Source: Lama glama
Taxonomy: Eukaryota
Reading direction: 5' to 3'
Assembly (NCBI GenBank): GCA_028534125.1
Contig: CM052817.1
Location: forward strand, 84,818,001-84,882,000
Length of the DNA: 64,000 nt
The notes beneath the pieces were generated by a model. That model was not told the DNA's origin, did no database searches, and was given only the letters and a program-made list of their open reading frames with translations. Shown in pieces: positions 27,306 through 40,009 of this stretch. The position numbers were made by a program, and so were the translations under genes. Each line of letters starts with the position of its first letter. The first letter of the stretch is position 1.

Positions 27306-27439
27306 CCCTTTTTATATACTTTATTCCACACAAATAAAGTCTCTGTATTTTTTCCATTGGCATTTAGGAAGAAATTTTATCTTGGGGGACATAAACCAGC
27401 TCAAAGAAATGTAAAACACTATGAAATTCAGCCTATGCT

Positions 27440-27893
27440 GAATAGCTTCATGTTGCCCTTGAAAATCTACTTTTCACGTTTCTTTTCTATATTCCAGTCT
27501 TGGAAGGCTGACTTGTATGAAGTTCATTAATAGGCTTCTTTGCCCTCTGATCTTGATTAGATTGAGCCAATGGGTAGTCATTGGGGAAGATCAAGGGGAG
27601 GTGGAGAGCAAGGCTATAATTTTACTATTATTGCTCCCTCTCTACTTAGCATCCTAATTACATGCCTTAAAGGTCACAGTTCTACACAAGTGTACCTCAT
27701 CACAAAGTTTCTCTTTCTGGTTTCTAGTAATCATCCTATGCCCTTTTTCTCCTGAAACCTAATAAGAGGTAAGAGGACAATGGTATTGCAGTATCTCTTT
27801 TGGTTTTCCTAAACCATGCCCTTTATTAAACCTTTTTTGAATTACCCTACTTTGAATATACCACATCTTTACTGTTGGGATTCTGACTGATGT
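27440..27893 (+). mobile_element. LTR33-like ERVL LTR
   Basis: GGAAGGCTGACTTGTATG...TTGCCCTCTG...GAGCCAATGGG and end GGGATTCTGACTGATG. Orientation is opposite to the adjacent ERV internal region. Confidence 0.7.
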
Positions 27894-28139
27894 GTAACCT
27901 GATCCAGGCTTAGCTTCATGAATACCAGCCTTGACTGTAAAACATACCTCCCCCCAGAATACAGGAAGACACGTTGTTTTACCCCATACATCTGTGCATG
28001 CACTTTACTCCCTCCTCCCTGCACTCAGAGATCCAGGATCATGACCAGTTCCTGCTAAGGGTATTAACTGAGAGAGAGGCTAGAACACTAGTCTCATCTT
28101 AGGCTCTACCCTTCAGCATGCGTGTGTCTTATTCAGCAT

Positions 28140-28595
28140 GCATGTGTACTATTGGTGTGATGTCAACAGAGTGGGCATAGTGTGTGGAATTAATAGACAA
28201 CATTCCTGCAGACTATATTATGACAAAGAACCGAAAAGTTAGCATAGCCCTAAGGCATTTCTGTGAATGTGTACTGCTATCCTTGCCATGTAAATGCAAA
28301 TTTATTCTAATCCTCCCTGATGCTATGTGTCAGGAAAAAGACATTGGGCACATTAATGTCACCATACTAGATGTCAGATGTCTTGTTGATGTGCTCCAAA
28401 AAATCCACATCTGGCAAAGCAGTTATGATTGGGGCCATCAATTAGTTAAGCATATGTTAAATAGTCTATCATTCTTTACTAAAATTAATCCTTTTTCTTT
28501 GTAGGAATTCTAAAAGATTAAACAGTTCTATAATGGGTGCCATCACCCTGTATCCTAAAGCCTTTGATGATGGCATTGAATTCTGCAATTCTTTT
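28140..28595 (-). pseudogene. pol: ERV-L pol, reverse transcriptase N-terminal half (disabled)
   Basis: Manual minus-strand translation gives IAEFNAIIK...LN*LMAPIITALPDVDFLEHINKTSDI*YGDINVPNVFFLTHSIRED*NKFAFTWQG*QYTFTEMP*GYANFSVLCHNIVCRNV. This is collinear with recalled HERV-L RT (...[34 protein letters not shown]). The YIDD position is degenerate (HSVDI). Confidence 0.9.
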
Positions 28596-28633
28596 CTATT
28601 TGAGGTATCATTTCTAAATTACTATCTTGGCTG

Positions 28634-28636
28634 GTG

Positions 28637-28666
<30 letters not shown>
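28634..28666. repeat. (GT)n microsatellite inside the ERV internal region
   Basis: Read directly from the sequence. Confidence 0.95.
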
Positions 28667-28667
<1 letters not shown>

Positions 28668-28739
28668 AGCATTCAGGGATTTCTATTTAATTCTTCCTAA
28701 TATAATGAACTCTGATCTACAAATATGAATACAAAACCA

Positions 28740-29020
28740 GTGTGGGTTCAGCCTGCTTCTAAGTGTATCTATCTCAAATACATATTCAGTGACTGGGAAA
28801 TAATTTCAGGATGTGTTTATGTGTCCATCCTGTTCTTTGTGAGTCAGATTTGGACCAAAACTCAAATTTTCACCTGGCCTTCATAAGCTCTCATTCTAAA
28901 CCAAAGACAGTAGCAGTTTGGATCTTCTGGCATTAATGTCATCTCAGACCTCAGAATGTATTTAACATACTTTGTAACATGGATATCCTCTCTTCTCCAG
29001 TTCACTGTTATGGCAAATGA
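28740..29020 (-). pseudogene. pro: ERV-L protease (disabled)
   Basis: With frameshifts it reads ITVNWRRE...SEMTLMPEDPNCYCLWFRMRAYEGQVKI*VLVQI*LT...THPEIIS...EYVFEIDTL. Recalled ERV-L protease reads VTVHWGKG...GSELTLIPGDPK...VGAYGGQVINGVLAQVRLT...THPVVISP...GIDIL. Confidence 0.8.
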
Positions 29021-29399
29021 AAACATTATACACTTGCAATCACATAGCAGGGGTGTTTCTCAAATGGAATGGACCTTCCCTTTAATCAGTGAATTCTGAA
29101 TCTGTAAAGTGACTTAGATCCGGAACTGGTTGTGGGACTGAAATTTTCAGTTGTGGTAGTTTCTGCAAGTCCTGTGATCATCAGCTCTTAATTTTTATGC
29201 CCCCCTAAATTAAGTAACACCTGTTAAGCTGTCAAGCTGTCTTCCCCCTGGAGCAACATGATATATTAGCTGTTACTACAGATAACTTGGGTCAAGATAC
29301 TCTGATTACTACTCTCGCCTTAATGCCAATTTGATAATTATGTTCACATTGCCTCAAGTGGCTAAGTTCTGCCAGCACTAACACTTAGGAATCTTAACA

Positions 29400-30200
29400 T
29401 TATCATTGATTTTAGGGGGCTCACATTAATGTCAGTGTTTCTCACTTCCTACCAGCCTGCATAGGTCAGCTACTACCGAAGATGCCAGTGCTTCCCTGTG
29501 AATTCCTTGTTACCTTAATAAAGGAAATGTCTCCTGGGTCTTCTGGATCTTCCTGGAGAATATAGTCTAATGGTTTACTTTCAGATCTTACATAATGTAT
29601 CCATTCTAACAATCTTCCTTTCTTTACAACTATGTTAAAGAAATTCCAGAATTCCCAACTTGTTCAAGTCAGATATTTTCAAGTCCAGGCATGAGGAAGC
29701 CATCTTAGCAAAGTGTAATGATCAACTCTGAGGGTCCAGGCAAGGGAAGCAGTTTTCCTCTAGGAAGCGTTGAAAGGAGCAACTTCTTTTGGCCAGGAGA
29801 TTGAGATTTGAGGTTCAAGATTCTCAGAATCCTCTACCCAAAAGTTCCCATCCCAGGTCATAGGCTCCCATTATTTTCCTTCAAAGCCTGTAATAGTTTG
29901 ACAGAGGAGATTTTTGAGAATATACTTTTAGTCTCCTCTGCAGCTATGTCACTTTTATAATTAGATCCCAAGCCTGATTTCCTGCACATTGCACCCTGAA
30001 GCTACAGAAGACAAGAATTACTCTGAAGCTTCATAGAAACTTATTGGCTTTTATAATATTCCTTTAACTGGCAATTAGCTGTCCTGAACCTGTCATTTTC
30101 TTTTAGCACAACCCCCAAGCCATAAAGAGCAGTTGCCCTATACCACAATTCTCTCAATTATTATTGCTCCCATATCAATCACATGCAACTTTATTAATTG
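29400..30200 (-). pseudogene. gag: ERV-L gag (disabled)
   Basis: 29618 down to ~29400 reads GRLLEWIHYVRSESKPLDYILQEDPEDPGDISFIKVTRN, then after a frameshift ALASSVVADLCRL. This matches the ERV-L gag block GMLEWI..VRP....EGPEDTPFTKA.RN...APASL.SSVVAVLC. The upstream extent is approximate. Confidence 0.8.
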
Positions 30201-30318
30201 TGATACCGCTCATTCTCATGAAATTACTCACTTATACGAGCAGCAGAGTCTCTAAGATAGTCTTGAGACAGTGTGATTATCTATTTAAAAAAATCCCACC
30301 TTGAGGATTAGCTTGGCA

Positions 30319-30336
30319 GGGCCACACTTGATACCA
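30319..30336 (-). other. Retroviral primer-binding site (tRNA-Leu type, ERV-L)
   Basis: Minus strand TGGTATCAAGTGTGG lies immediately after the LTR end, versus recalled ERV-L PBS TGGTACCAGGAGTGG. Confidence 0.7.
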
Positions 30337-30338
30337 AT

Positions 30339-31054
30339 TATCTTAGCCTGGATTTTCTAGTAAAATAGCCTGAGGCAAAGCATTCAGAGTTAAACATTAA
30401 TTCATTAACTAACTAGTTAATTAATTAGACTTTTTAATCCCAGAGCAGTAAGAGTGAGGGGAAAAAAGAAGTAAAATAGAGAAAGATCAGATACAAGCTA
30501 GTGTCTAACTTAGGTGACCATATTGTTTTACAGGAAAACGCTACACAGCCAGTCGCTTGGTCACACACGATGTCTCTGGAAAGATATTATGATACTAGTG
30601 TAATTTTTGTAAGTTCATTGTGGGGTAGGGAGGCTGAAGACTTTATCTACTGGCTCCTCCTTGTCTTTGTCTCTCAGTGTCAGAGTTCACCTTATAGGGC
30701 ATTAATTCCCTTACACTTTGAAATTATGTTTCCCATCCTCTTTGGGAAATCAGAGAGATTTAATGCCATGTGTTATGACTCTTCAACTGAGCATAGAAAT
30801 TGTGCTAGTAAATAAATCCTCCTTGAATTTATTCAGATAGGACTTGGGCATTGCAGCTGCTCTGCTTCCTGCCAAGGGCAGGGGTGGGAGGGTTGACCTG
30901 ATACAGGTCAGGCCATAACCCAGCTGTTGTTACTCCATTCTCCATCTCCTTACGTAGTGACAGCTAGGGCTTTGTGCTGAGCAACTATCAGAGGGTACGG
31001 ATGGCAGGTGGGAATGAGGAAATCTCTGGGGACACATAAATTAGATCTCATACA
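30339..31054 (-). mobile_element. 5' LTR of the ERV-L provirus (LTR16-like)
   Basis: TCTTAGCCTGGATTTTCTAGTAAAATAGCCTGAGGCAAAG antisense LTR16-type end, abutting the PBS. Shares motifs with the 6991-7530 LTR. Confidence 0.65.
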
Positions 31055-31159
31055 GTACTGAAACAGAACACTACTAAGAAAGTAATCAATGTAAAAACTA
31101 CAGTAGCAACAAATTATTTTTCCTTTGCATCTCTTCCAAACTGTCTTTCCTAAATTATA

Positions 31160-32050
31160 ACATTAGCTATTAATTGCATATTTATTGTATACCAGGTATT
31201 CTGATAAGCCTTTTTTATATATTATCTCATTTCATTTTTTCAACAATGTAAGAAAGTCCCTACAATTGTTACTAAAACTTAGGTCCTGCTGTTTGTCTCT
31301 CGAAAGCCAGTACTCAAGAGGCCAGTGTTGGTAGAAAAGTTTGCTTTATTCTGAAGTCTGGCCACTGGGGGAGAGGGCAGGCTCATGTCCAAAGGTCAAC
31401 TGTTCACCCTCCCCCGGCTGATTAGTGGGCAAGAGCTTTTAAAGGGAGGTTTCAGGGGTGTATGGTCAGAGGGAGGGCGCTACATGCGGAACCGCAGTCA
31501 GCTCTGATAGTCATCTTGAAGTTAGTCATGCACTGATCTGATCAGCATCATCTTGGTTTTTTTAAGTACAGTTAATCTTCAGTTCCAGGGTTGGTTTATT
31601 CCCATTTCTCTGAGGCCAGTTCTTGGAATAGTGGCAGCTTATGTCATGACTACCATCTGGTCATTCCACCTGGTGGGAGTTTCAGTATCAACAAAACAGC
31701 TAGAAAGGTATGGCTCAGATTATTATCTGCAGCCCTTAAGGAGGAACTAAAGGTCCTTGATTTTGTTTAATAACGAAACTATTACATTGTTTTGCTTGAC
31801 TATTTCCCTTTGTTTCTGTATTTTCTTATTTATTTGATAAAACTTTGAAGTTTTTCTACAGACAAGAGACAGGCAGAGGATGTTGTAGGGTAGTCTGCCC
31901 TGGGAAGGCCTTGTAGAGAGTATTGCTCTGTTACCCAATTGCTGTCTATATAGAATGAAATTAAGACTTAGAGAGATGAAGGAACTTGCCCAAGTTTGTC
32001 TAGCTAGGAAGCAGTGACGCATGGGAGAAATCCCAGCCTAGCTAGTGGGC
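31160..32050 (-). mobile_element. MIR SINE split by an LTR insertion
   Basis: Left half ACCAGGTATTCTGATAAG...TTATCTCATTT up to 31266. Right half GAAATTAAGACTTAGAGAGATGAAGGAACTTGCCCAAG from 31936. Confidence 0.7.
31267..31935 (-). mobile_element. ERV1-class solo LTR, lineage-specific
   Basis: TG start, TTTATT poly(A) signal near the left end, degenerate CA end, and a 4-bp TSD CAAT at 31263-31266 and 31936-31939. Confidence 0.75.
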
Positions 32051-32289
32051 CTCCAGGTAGTCTTTGGCAGAGACGTGAGCAGCGCATAGTGGATCCTGTA
32101 GCTCTTATTCACCTTTTGCAGTTTTCATCTTTATGTTGGTATAAGAACCTACCTAGACAGTCTTAAGATAATAAGGTATATAATATAGTAAGGCAAAATT
32201 AAGATGACAACGTTACTTACGTCATAGTTGTGACATAAATAAAGTGATGATAACTAAATAAATTAATCCAAGAGGAAAGCTTATTATAT

Positions 32290-32382
32290 TTTATTAACTT
32301 TTTTTTATTGATTTATAATCATTTTACAATGTTATGTCAAGTTCCAGTGTAGAGCACAATTTTTCAGTTATACATGAACATA
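32290..32382 (-). mobile_element. Very short L1 3' end (same young family)
   Basis: TTTTATTGATTTATAATCATTTTACAATGTTATGTCAAGTTCCAGTGTAGAGCACAATTTTTCAGTTATACATGAACA, nearly identical to 13624-13703. Confidence 0.9.
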
Positions 32383-33132
32383 TTTAGTTTATTTTTGATA
32401 AATAGTAAGAGCTCAATACGAGTTAGCTATTACTACTATTATAATTGACATTATTATTACCATTAAATTTGACCATTTCTTTTGCAAAAAAAATAAAATC
32501 TAACCACAGTATATGGGATGGAAGATAAATAAGGTCATTCAGAATGGTTGGTGCTTCTTCTACTTAGTGACTAATATAAGCAAATATAGATATTTCAGTC
32601 CTGAGAGAGGGTATCATCTTGTCCTGCCTGTTCCCTCCCTGGTCACTCCTAACTTGCCTCTATTTTTTTCCCCTGAATCTAGAACTTTCTTGTCAATTTT
32701 ACAGATCCCTGTTCCCATCTTAGGACCTGCTTTCTGGGCTCTTTCTGCTTGAATGAAATTGGGGACTCAATTCTGACCCATGTTGCCCATCAGAACATAA
32801 CCCTTCTTGGTACTGGCTTTTGCCTTGACCCTCTTCTCTTGAGGTTTTCTTCTGTGTGCACTGACAGACTGTTCTTTTCCTCTGTAATCCTGGTATCAGC
32901 AGAGAGAGGGTCACCCTGTCATTTCCCAGGCATCTACTGTACACCTACATTTTGACCAGCAGCTTCTAGACTCCGAGCCTTGCACTGAGCACTTCAGCAG
33001 GGCCCTCCTATTTTGCCAAAATGATTAAACCTGTTTTAGAAAAGAATCTTGAGTTTAGAACTACACCAGTCCTGCCTGGTAATCTCTGCATGCCCTGGTA
33101 GTTGTCCAGGAACACAGACCTTGGGCCCTCAA

Positions 33133-33316
33133 TAGGGTCGTCAGATTTAGCAAATAAAAATACAAGAACCACAAACATGAATTTCAGATAAATGAGAATT
33201 TTTCAAAGTATAAATTATGTCCCAACCATTGCTTGAGACATACTTACACTAAGAAGTTATTTGTTTATCTGAAATTCAGATTCAACTGGAGTCCTGTATT
33301 GTATCTGGTAACTTTA
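33133..33316. mobile_element. MER53 palindromic hAT MITE
   Basis: TAGGGTCGTCAGATTTAGCAAATAAAAATAC...TATGTCCCAACCATTGCTTGAGACATA...TATCTGGTAACTTTA. Internal inverted arms GAATTTCAGATAAA / TTTATCTGAAATTC. Confidence 0.88.
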
Positions 33317-33464
33317 CCATGGAACGCCACCTCCTGTCACATGTATCTCCAGAGACAATCATTTAGGTCCCTGTTACCTGACAGCAACTGAGAAATAGTC
33401 ATTCCTCTTATAACTTACTTTTATCCTGGTCTTCACTTTCTACCTCCCTAGGGTGAAACTATCC

Positions 33465-33594
33465 TAGGGTGACCTTACGTCTTGTTTTATGTGGAAAGTC
33501 TCACTTTATTTCTGTTGTCTTGGCGTAATTGCTAATAATCCTCTTTCCCTTTCAGAAATGTCTTGGTTTGGATGATACATTATATGGTCATGGA
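33465..33594. mobile_element. MER94-like hAT-Blackjack MITE
   Basis: TAGGGTGACC...CTGTTGTCTTGGCGTAATT...GGTTTGGATGATACATTATATGGTCA. Confidence 0.75.
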
Positions 33595-34929
33595 CGCCTC
33601 ATTCCATCCTTTGATTTCCTGCTGAACCTGTTAGTAAGTAAATTTTCAGCTTTTTTCCCTCAAAGTCACACTGATCTCCAGAAGGTGCCACCATTTTGAC
33701 TAAGCCTTATGTCACTCCCACAAAGCAGCAGGTCACACTGTGCTGCTTGAATTAACATAGACAAATAAGTGACCCCTGAACAACCGTTATTAGTTACAGG
33801 ATAACTTTCTGTACTTGTTACGATGTGTACAGAGAGCAGGAGAACTGAGCAAATGTTTGATGAGTTCAGTAAATATGAGTGATTAACACAGATAAGTCAA
33901 GTGAAAAATATGCAAACACTGTTTGAAAGTTTTTAGGTAATTTACACTTTCCTTTGTAAATACATGATGAAGATGATGTCTATGTATGATACATAGCAGC
34001 AATTGATTAGACTACATTTTTAGAGCCATTGTGTGGAAATAAAATGATTTTTTTTAATCTTGCCTTAGGTTACTATTTCCATTTCACAGTGTCAACCCGA
34101 CACAATTCTTGTATCAAACAATAAAACATCCAGTCAAAGAATAAAGTTGCAATTTTGTTTCTGTGAAATGTCAAATCACTTGAATGATTGACTTTCCCCC
34201 TTGATTTGTCCATTTATATTTTATATTCAGGTGTACATGTGTTTGAGGAGAGTCTTAGAGACAGACTTTTATGTATGCCCATAACAGTATGCTGCTGAGT
34301 CAGAATCACCCTTGTCTTTTATAAGCATTACATAAATAGAGTCAGGGCCCATCAGAAACCAAAACAACTGTTTTTGTCTTTTAACAAAATAATAATGGAC
34401 AAATGCTACTCTTAATTACCTGAGTTTTTACATGTATTGATTTCATATAATCAAAAATATGAAGAGTGTTCAGAACAGAAGGAAAAAGAGCATCTCTCAG
34501 TAAGAATTTTATATTGTAAGAATATTTATTTCTAAATGTGTCTTTCACTTAAATACTAAAAAGTTATTTAGAACTTACTAGAGGAAAATAAACATGTCAT
34601 TTTATTTCCTTTATGTTAAGTCATCCAATATAAATAAATGAAATACATTATTATATCTTAGCAACCATGATTGGATTTTATTTTTAGATGGTAATATAAT
34701 AGTTGTCTTATTAAAGCTAAATCAAAGGCTCTTTAGGAAAGCTTAATTTGAAATATTGCTGCTAATTTCATTGGTATTTTAAAGACCTCCAAGGAAAACT
34801 GCAAATGTTTTATGAATATTTAGAAATATGCAGATACTTCAAGAAGAAAAATGGGAAAAAAAAGAAAAATGTATAATGCCATGCTGACTTCACTAGTGAA
34901 GGCATCAGTAGGAAAATTCCACTGGGCTG

Positions 34930-35800
34930 ATCTTATGAGGAGCAAGCATTAGGATGACCTTGACCATAGTGTGTAGAATGGATATCAGGGGTTCAAAGGT
35001 AGGACTGAAGAGATAAAATTATAAATATTAAATACATCCAGTCTTTTCTATACTCAGTAAAGTTGTTTAAAAAAATATTAAAAGGAAGGCTATTGCAGTA
35101 ATCCTAGTGAGACATGGTTTTGTCTTGCAGCAGAATGATTGTGGCAATGAAGATAGAGAATGATTAGATTAGAGAAATACTTTGGAGATAGAATTTACAG
35201 GTGTTATCAAATGATTGAGTAAAGAGGAGGAAGTGCAGGGAATACTGAAGAACCAAGAATAACGTGTGGATTTCTGAAATGAGCAATGAAAAGATGCTGT
35301 TGCAGCTTGTATAGAAGGGGAAGCCTAGAGGAGGAACACATTTCTGGAGGGAATCAAGAGTTCACCATTGATATCCCTGATCTTGCCAACAGAGTTGTTG
35401 GTGGCCTCAACGTATACGTGGCCTTTTACATCCTGAAGACTGATGAGATACCTAGGGAGACAGAGCGAGGAGAGAAGACAGCCAAAGCCGAATTCCGAGG
35501 GGGACAGTATTTAGATGTTGTTAGGAAAGGAGGAATGGATAAAGGAGAGAGAAGTCAGGGTGGTTTGGGGAAAACCTAGAGAGTGTGATAAGAGAGAAGA
35601 GATTGGAGGGCTTGGAAATCCAGAAATCCAGCTGGGAGGGCTTGTAAGATAAGGATGGGATATGTGAATTCTTTATATTCAGGAATTTGAAGATATTTGT
35701 GTACTTATCAGTACCAGAGTTGGGGGACACGTTTGGCTAGAAACCAGACTGGAGGGGTGGAGTGTGGATTCGAGGAGAGGAGGAGGATGCTGTGCATGTA
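34930..35800 (-). mobile_element. L2 fragment
   Basis: GGCTATTGCAGTAATCCTAGTGAGA, TTTGGAGATAGAATTTACAGG and AATCAAGAGTTC antisense L2 motifs. Confidence 0.65.
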
Positions 35801-36354
35801 TAAAATATGGTAAGTGCTGTCATAGCTCTGCAGCAGGAGCGCAGAGAAGGTCTCACAGTTCATGGAAGGCTGCACAGCAGAGGAGATGACAGAAATGTTC
35901 CATGTCAGTACCGTGATCTAGCTTACTACTTTATGTTCCGAAATATATTCGTGTAAAACATATTTATGTATAGTTCTGAAATGCGTTACATACCCTCCGG
36001 CCTTCTTCTACTGGGGATACAGAACATAATGCAACTTTTGGTCACAATGACTGCTTCCTTCTTTTCGTTGACATGTTTCGAGTCTTAAGAGTTAATGAAA
36101 GACACCTAACTCATATTCTAAATGATTTCAAATGTCTGTGCTTTAGGTTTCCTGTGTGTGTACCACGTGGGTGCACACGTGATGTGTGTGTGTGAGACAG
36201 AGAGAGAGAGAGAGAGAGAGGGAAATGCAAATCCAGGATTGTCAGTCTCCAAAACCCATGCCCTTTTCACTATGCCAGTCCAATTCTCTAACTAGTAATA
36301 AGATCTGTTCATTCAGTAAATATTTTTGATTGTCTTCTAACAGAACAAAACAAT

Positions 36355-36560
36355 CTTGACAGCTAACTTGTATAAAATGCTTACTTATATGGGCAGGTAA
36401 TGTTTTAAGTACTTTACATTTATTATCTCGTTTAATACACACAACAGTCATATGAGATCATATTTTATAAGTGGGACAATCAAAACAGAATGATTATATA
36501 AATATTTAGTTTTCACATCTAGGGTGTGGTGAAATCAGGTTTCCAAGCAGGCAAACTTCC
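36355..36560 (-). mobile_element. MIR SINE (decayed)
   Basis: TGCTTACTTATATGGGCAGG...AAGTACTTTACATTTATTATCTCGTTTAAT. Confidence 0.6.
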
Positions 36561-39500
36561 TCCAGGGCTGTTTATGATACTTCTAAAATGGAAATTTTGA
36601 CAGGCAGAGGGAAAAGGAAACACTGAAAGAAAGTCATTATTGCTTGAATTTAGTAAACTGGGAGAAGTAAGCAAAGAGGCTGCAGAGGGAGGCAACTGGT
36701 GTTTCATCATTGGCCTTTTATGCCCTGTTTCAGGGGTTTGGATTTTAATCCAAGCAATGGCAGTGCCTTAATGACTTCTGAGCAGTCAGTGACGAGATTT
36801 GCTTCTAACCTGTAGTTGGCATTGAGCATAAAATATGAGTAGGCTCTTTAGAAGTGTAACTCCCATAAACTTCGTAATAACTTTATAGAGATAGAGAATT
36901 TTCTTGTCCTCATCCTTTTTTTCTCAGACTCTCACTGCATGATGTCTTGGCTGAAATGATAATTATGATTCCAACCACACCAAATAAAGCTACAGTCTCA
37001 AAAGCAGTTAATAATGATGGTTAGAAACTTGAAGAGAAAAAAGTAAAAGAAATTCCTGCACGAAGTCAGCCAAAGTCATATTTTCCAAGTTTTTTCTTTT
37101 TTTTTTAAATTCCATTTGGGTTTTAAGTAAATGTTTCATGAAGATGTTCAAATGCAACTTCTTGGTGAAAACTTTCTTAACTCCCCATTCAGTGTTAGTT
37201 GTTACATCTTCTGTTTTCCCATAACAATCTATTTGACTTCTATTTAACCAGTTACTATCCTGTATTATCATCTACCTGTTGATACGTATATCACAGTTTG
37301 TTTTCACTTTGGTTCAGCAAAGATTTGTGTTGCATTTTCAGTGAAGTAGTCCCAGTGCTAAGCATCCCTACATCGTATATTAAATGACTTAGAGACCTGT
37401 AATTAACCTTGAGTTATTGTAAATGGGAGACTCAGATCTTTTAAATTTGTTATCTAGCAAAACCCAGCTAGAATATATATGATGAAACTGAAGTCTTTAT
37501 TATCCTCAACTGATGCACACTTTTTAGAAATATTTAATTTAGTATTTTAACTTTGTCTTATTTATTGGTCAAATCTTGAATAATTGCAGAGCCAAGGTTC
37601 ATAAAGGCAATATACTTATAAATAAATGCATATTTAAAAGGGCAAATATTTCTTGACCTTTAAAAAAGCAAATCCCTGAATTTTGAAAAGGAAGACAAGT
37701 TTTAACATTGTATTTTGTCAGATAGATACAGTCTGTCAGTAAACTGATTGCCAGATAAGCCCTTTTACCCTTACAGAATTGGCAAGGAAGAAAAATGTGT
37801 TCATAGTGTTGACTGTCTTCTACAGGAAAGTATAACTGTATCTCTGACTAGGCTAAGTGAAACTTATGACTACCTGATTATAATACTGACGGGCTTGTCT
37901 ACTTAGAAAGTTAAACTGAAGCATATTGAGTCTTCAGTTACAAGTTTTGACATTTTCAAACGCAGGCCCAGAGAATGTTTGTGGTATAAGTTATCTAAGG
38001 ATGAGAATATCTTAATAAAGGATAAATTATTACAGAAAAAATACAGAGAAAAATAGGTTACTGAGCAATCTGTTAGTGGGTCTCAAGCATGATTCATCTG
38101 GTGTGGAAAAAACTAATTCTGAAGACACAGAGTCAACTTGAAATGTTGTAGAGCAATTATGCCATTGTGACATTTATTCAGAAACAATTCTACAGAGACA
38201 GAAGCAACTAAGTGTTTAAAATTCTGATTTTTTAATTTCAGTTGTATTCATTTGACTCATAAAGGTATAATTTCTGTAGAAGAACCATCTTCAATGGAGA
38301 GGAACTTTTTTTCAAATTATGGGTTGGGGAGTTTTTATTTTAGGCAAAATTCTTGAGATTGGAATTTTGGACTCTAATTCCATCCACATGGCTTTAAATT
38401 ATGGGTATAAATGATATAGAGTAGATTGTTTTATATAGTAATTATATTATAGAAGTGACTTAAAATTAAAATACACCCTTAGTGCCAAATTTCACATAAA
38501 TGGCTACATTTTACTGGTAACTGGATCTTAATGTTTAAATTCCCCAAGTTTATGCATTTGAAACAATATTGATGAAAACAGATGTAAAATCATTTGTTCA
38601 TTTTTTCATTTTTAAATAGAGGCTTCTGACTATAACAGCTTTTAGAAATGATTAAGGAACATTGTTATGAGCATTCACTATTAGGTTATAATATTCACCA
38701 AAATGTATGATATGTTTTTTAGCTTTTCAGTCTCCCCATATGCTGACATAGCATGGGTTGTCCATATTCCCTTCTTTATTGTGTTTTCCACTGGGATAAT
38801 CTCATTTCCTTTCTATTTTACTCTCATAAATCCACTGAAGTCTAGATGTCAGAGAACTAGCAGTTTGAGAATTTTGTCTTAAGAGCAACTGAGTGGGAGG
38901 AGGCAAGTGCCCACTATTGGATACCAAAGAATAAGGGACTGTTTTATTACTCTGGGACTTAACATTGTCTTTAATGTTTTTAGATTACTTTCCCCTCTAT
39001 ATTCCAGACGTAGGAGATCTAGAAGGCAGTCTTCTGGATAACCAGGGTATTATTAAATAATTAGATAATCAAAATTACTGTGAAAAATACCCTACAACTC
39101 TACTAATTTAAAAGGTAAGTTTTACTTTTGGCTGTAAGACATTTTAAAGTTTTCCTTTAACATTTCTAAGATATTGATTAGATGCTTGAAAAAGACTAGG
39201 AAAAATAATACAGGTTTGGCAAATTGCTATGTGCAGTTTCATAAGCAATGAACAAAAAACATAGGCATTTTCACCCATCTTTGGGCAGATGGTGAATGGC
39301 AACAGCAGAGATTTCAAATATAGATGTAGCACATATATATTGCAAACAGCTGTAATAGCTAAAATACATGCCAGAAGACTTAATCATTCTGGATTTTTTT
39401 CCAATACATGCTAGCATTCAAAAATAGACTTCTCTTTCCTACAATTGCTATAGAATTCTTTGAAATAGGCAAGTGCATCTATGCTATAGGAACTTTGCGA

Positions 39501-40009
39501 TGTGCTGATTAGGCTGTATTTTCAAGGCTCCTTGACAACTGGTTGATTAGCAAAATTCTCATTAATTGTGATTTGGTGTGCATAACTCATGACCAATGTG
39601 ACCTCTTGTTTTTGCTACTGAGTTGGCTGAATCAAGTCTTTTGTTATCTGTAGACCCTGCCAATACAAAATATCTGGATGAAAACTAAAAAAAGCCTGTT
39701 TCTAAAACATATATACATATATACATTTTAACTGATGGTGTTCTTACATTATAATTTGAGATTTAAAAAAAATTCTGAGTATGATTCTCTTAGTTGAAAG
39801 AATCCTTATTTTGTTTGAAATGAAAGAAGTAGAAAAGAGTTATGGAGACTTAATCTATATATATTACTTAAAAATTCTGGAAAAAATTTAACAAACAAAG
39901 CCATTGCTGAAATTCTTAGGCTACAGATATTGTTAGCTTTCCTGGAGTTTTGCTGTAATTTAGTTATCATGGAAGAGTGCTCCTAAATCAGTTGATACCC
40001 ATTTGGCAT

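Noticed and set aside
27440..27893. LTR33-like element as the 3' LTR of the ERV-L provirus
   Set aside because: Opposite orientation and a different family from the 5' LTR, so it is an independent insertion.
28184..28504. 106-aa + strand ORF
   Set aside because: It is the antisense shadow of the dead ERV-L RT and has a non-ATG start.
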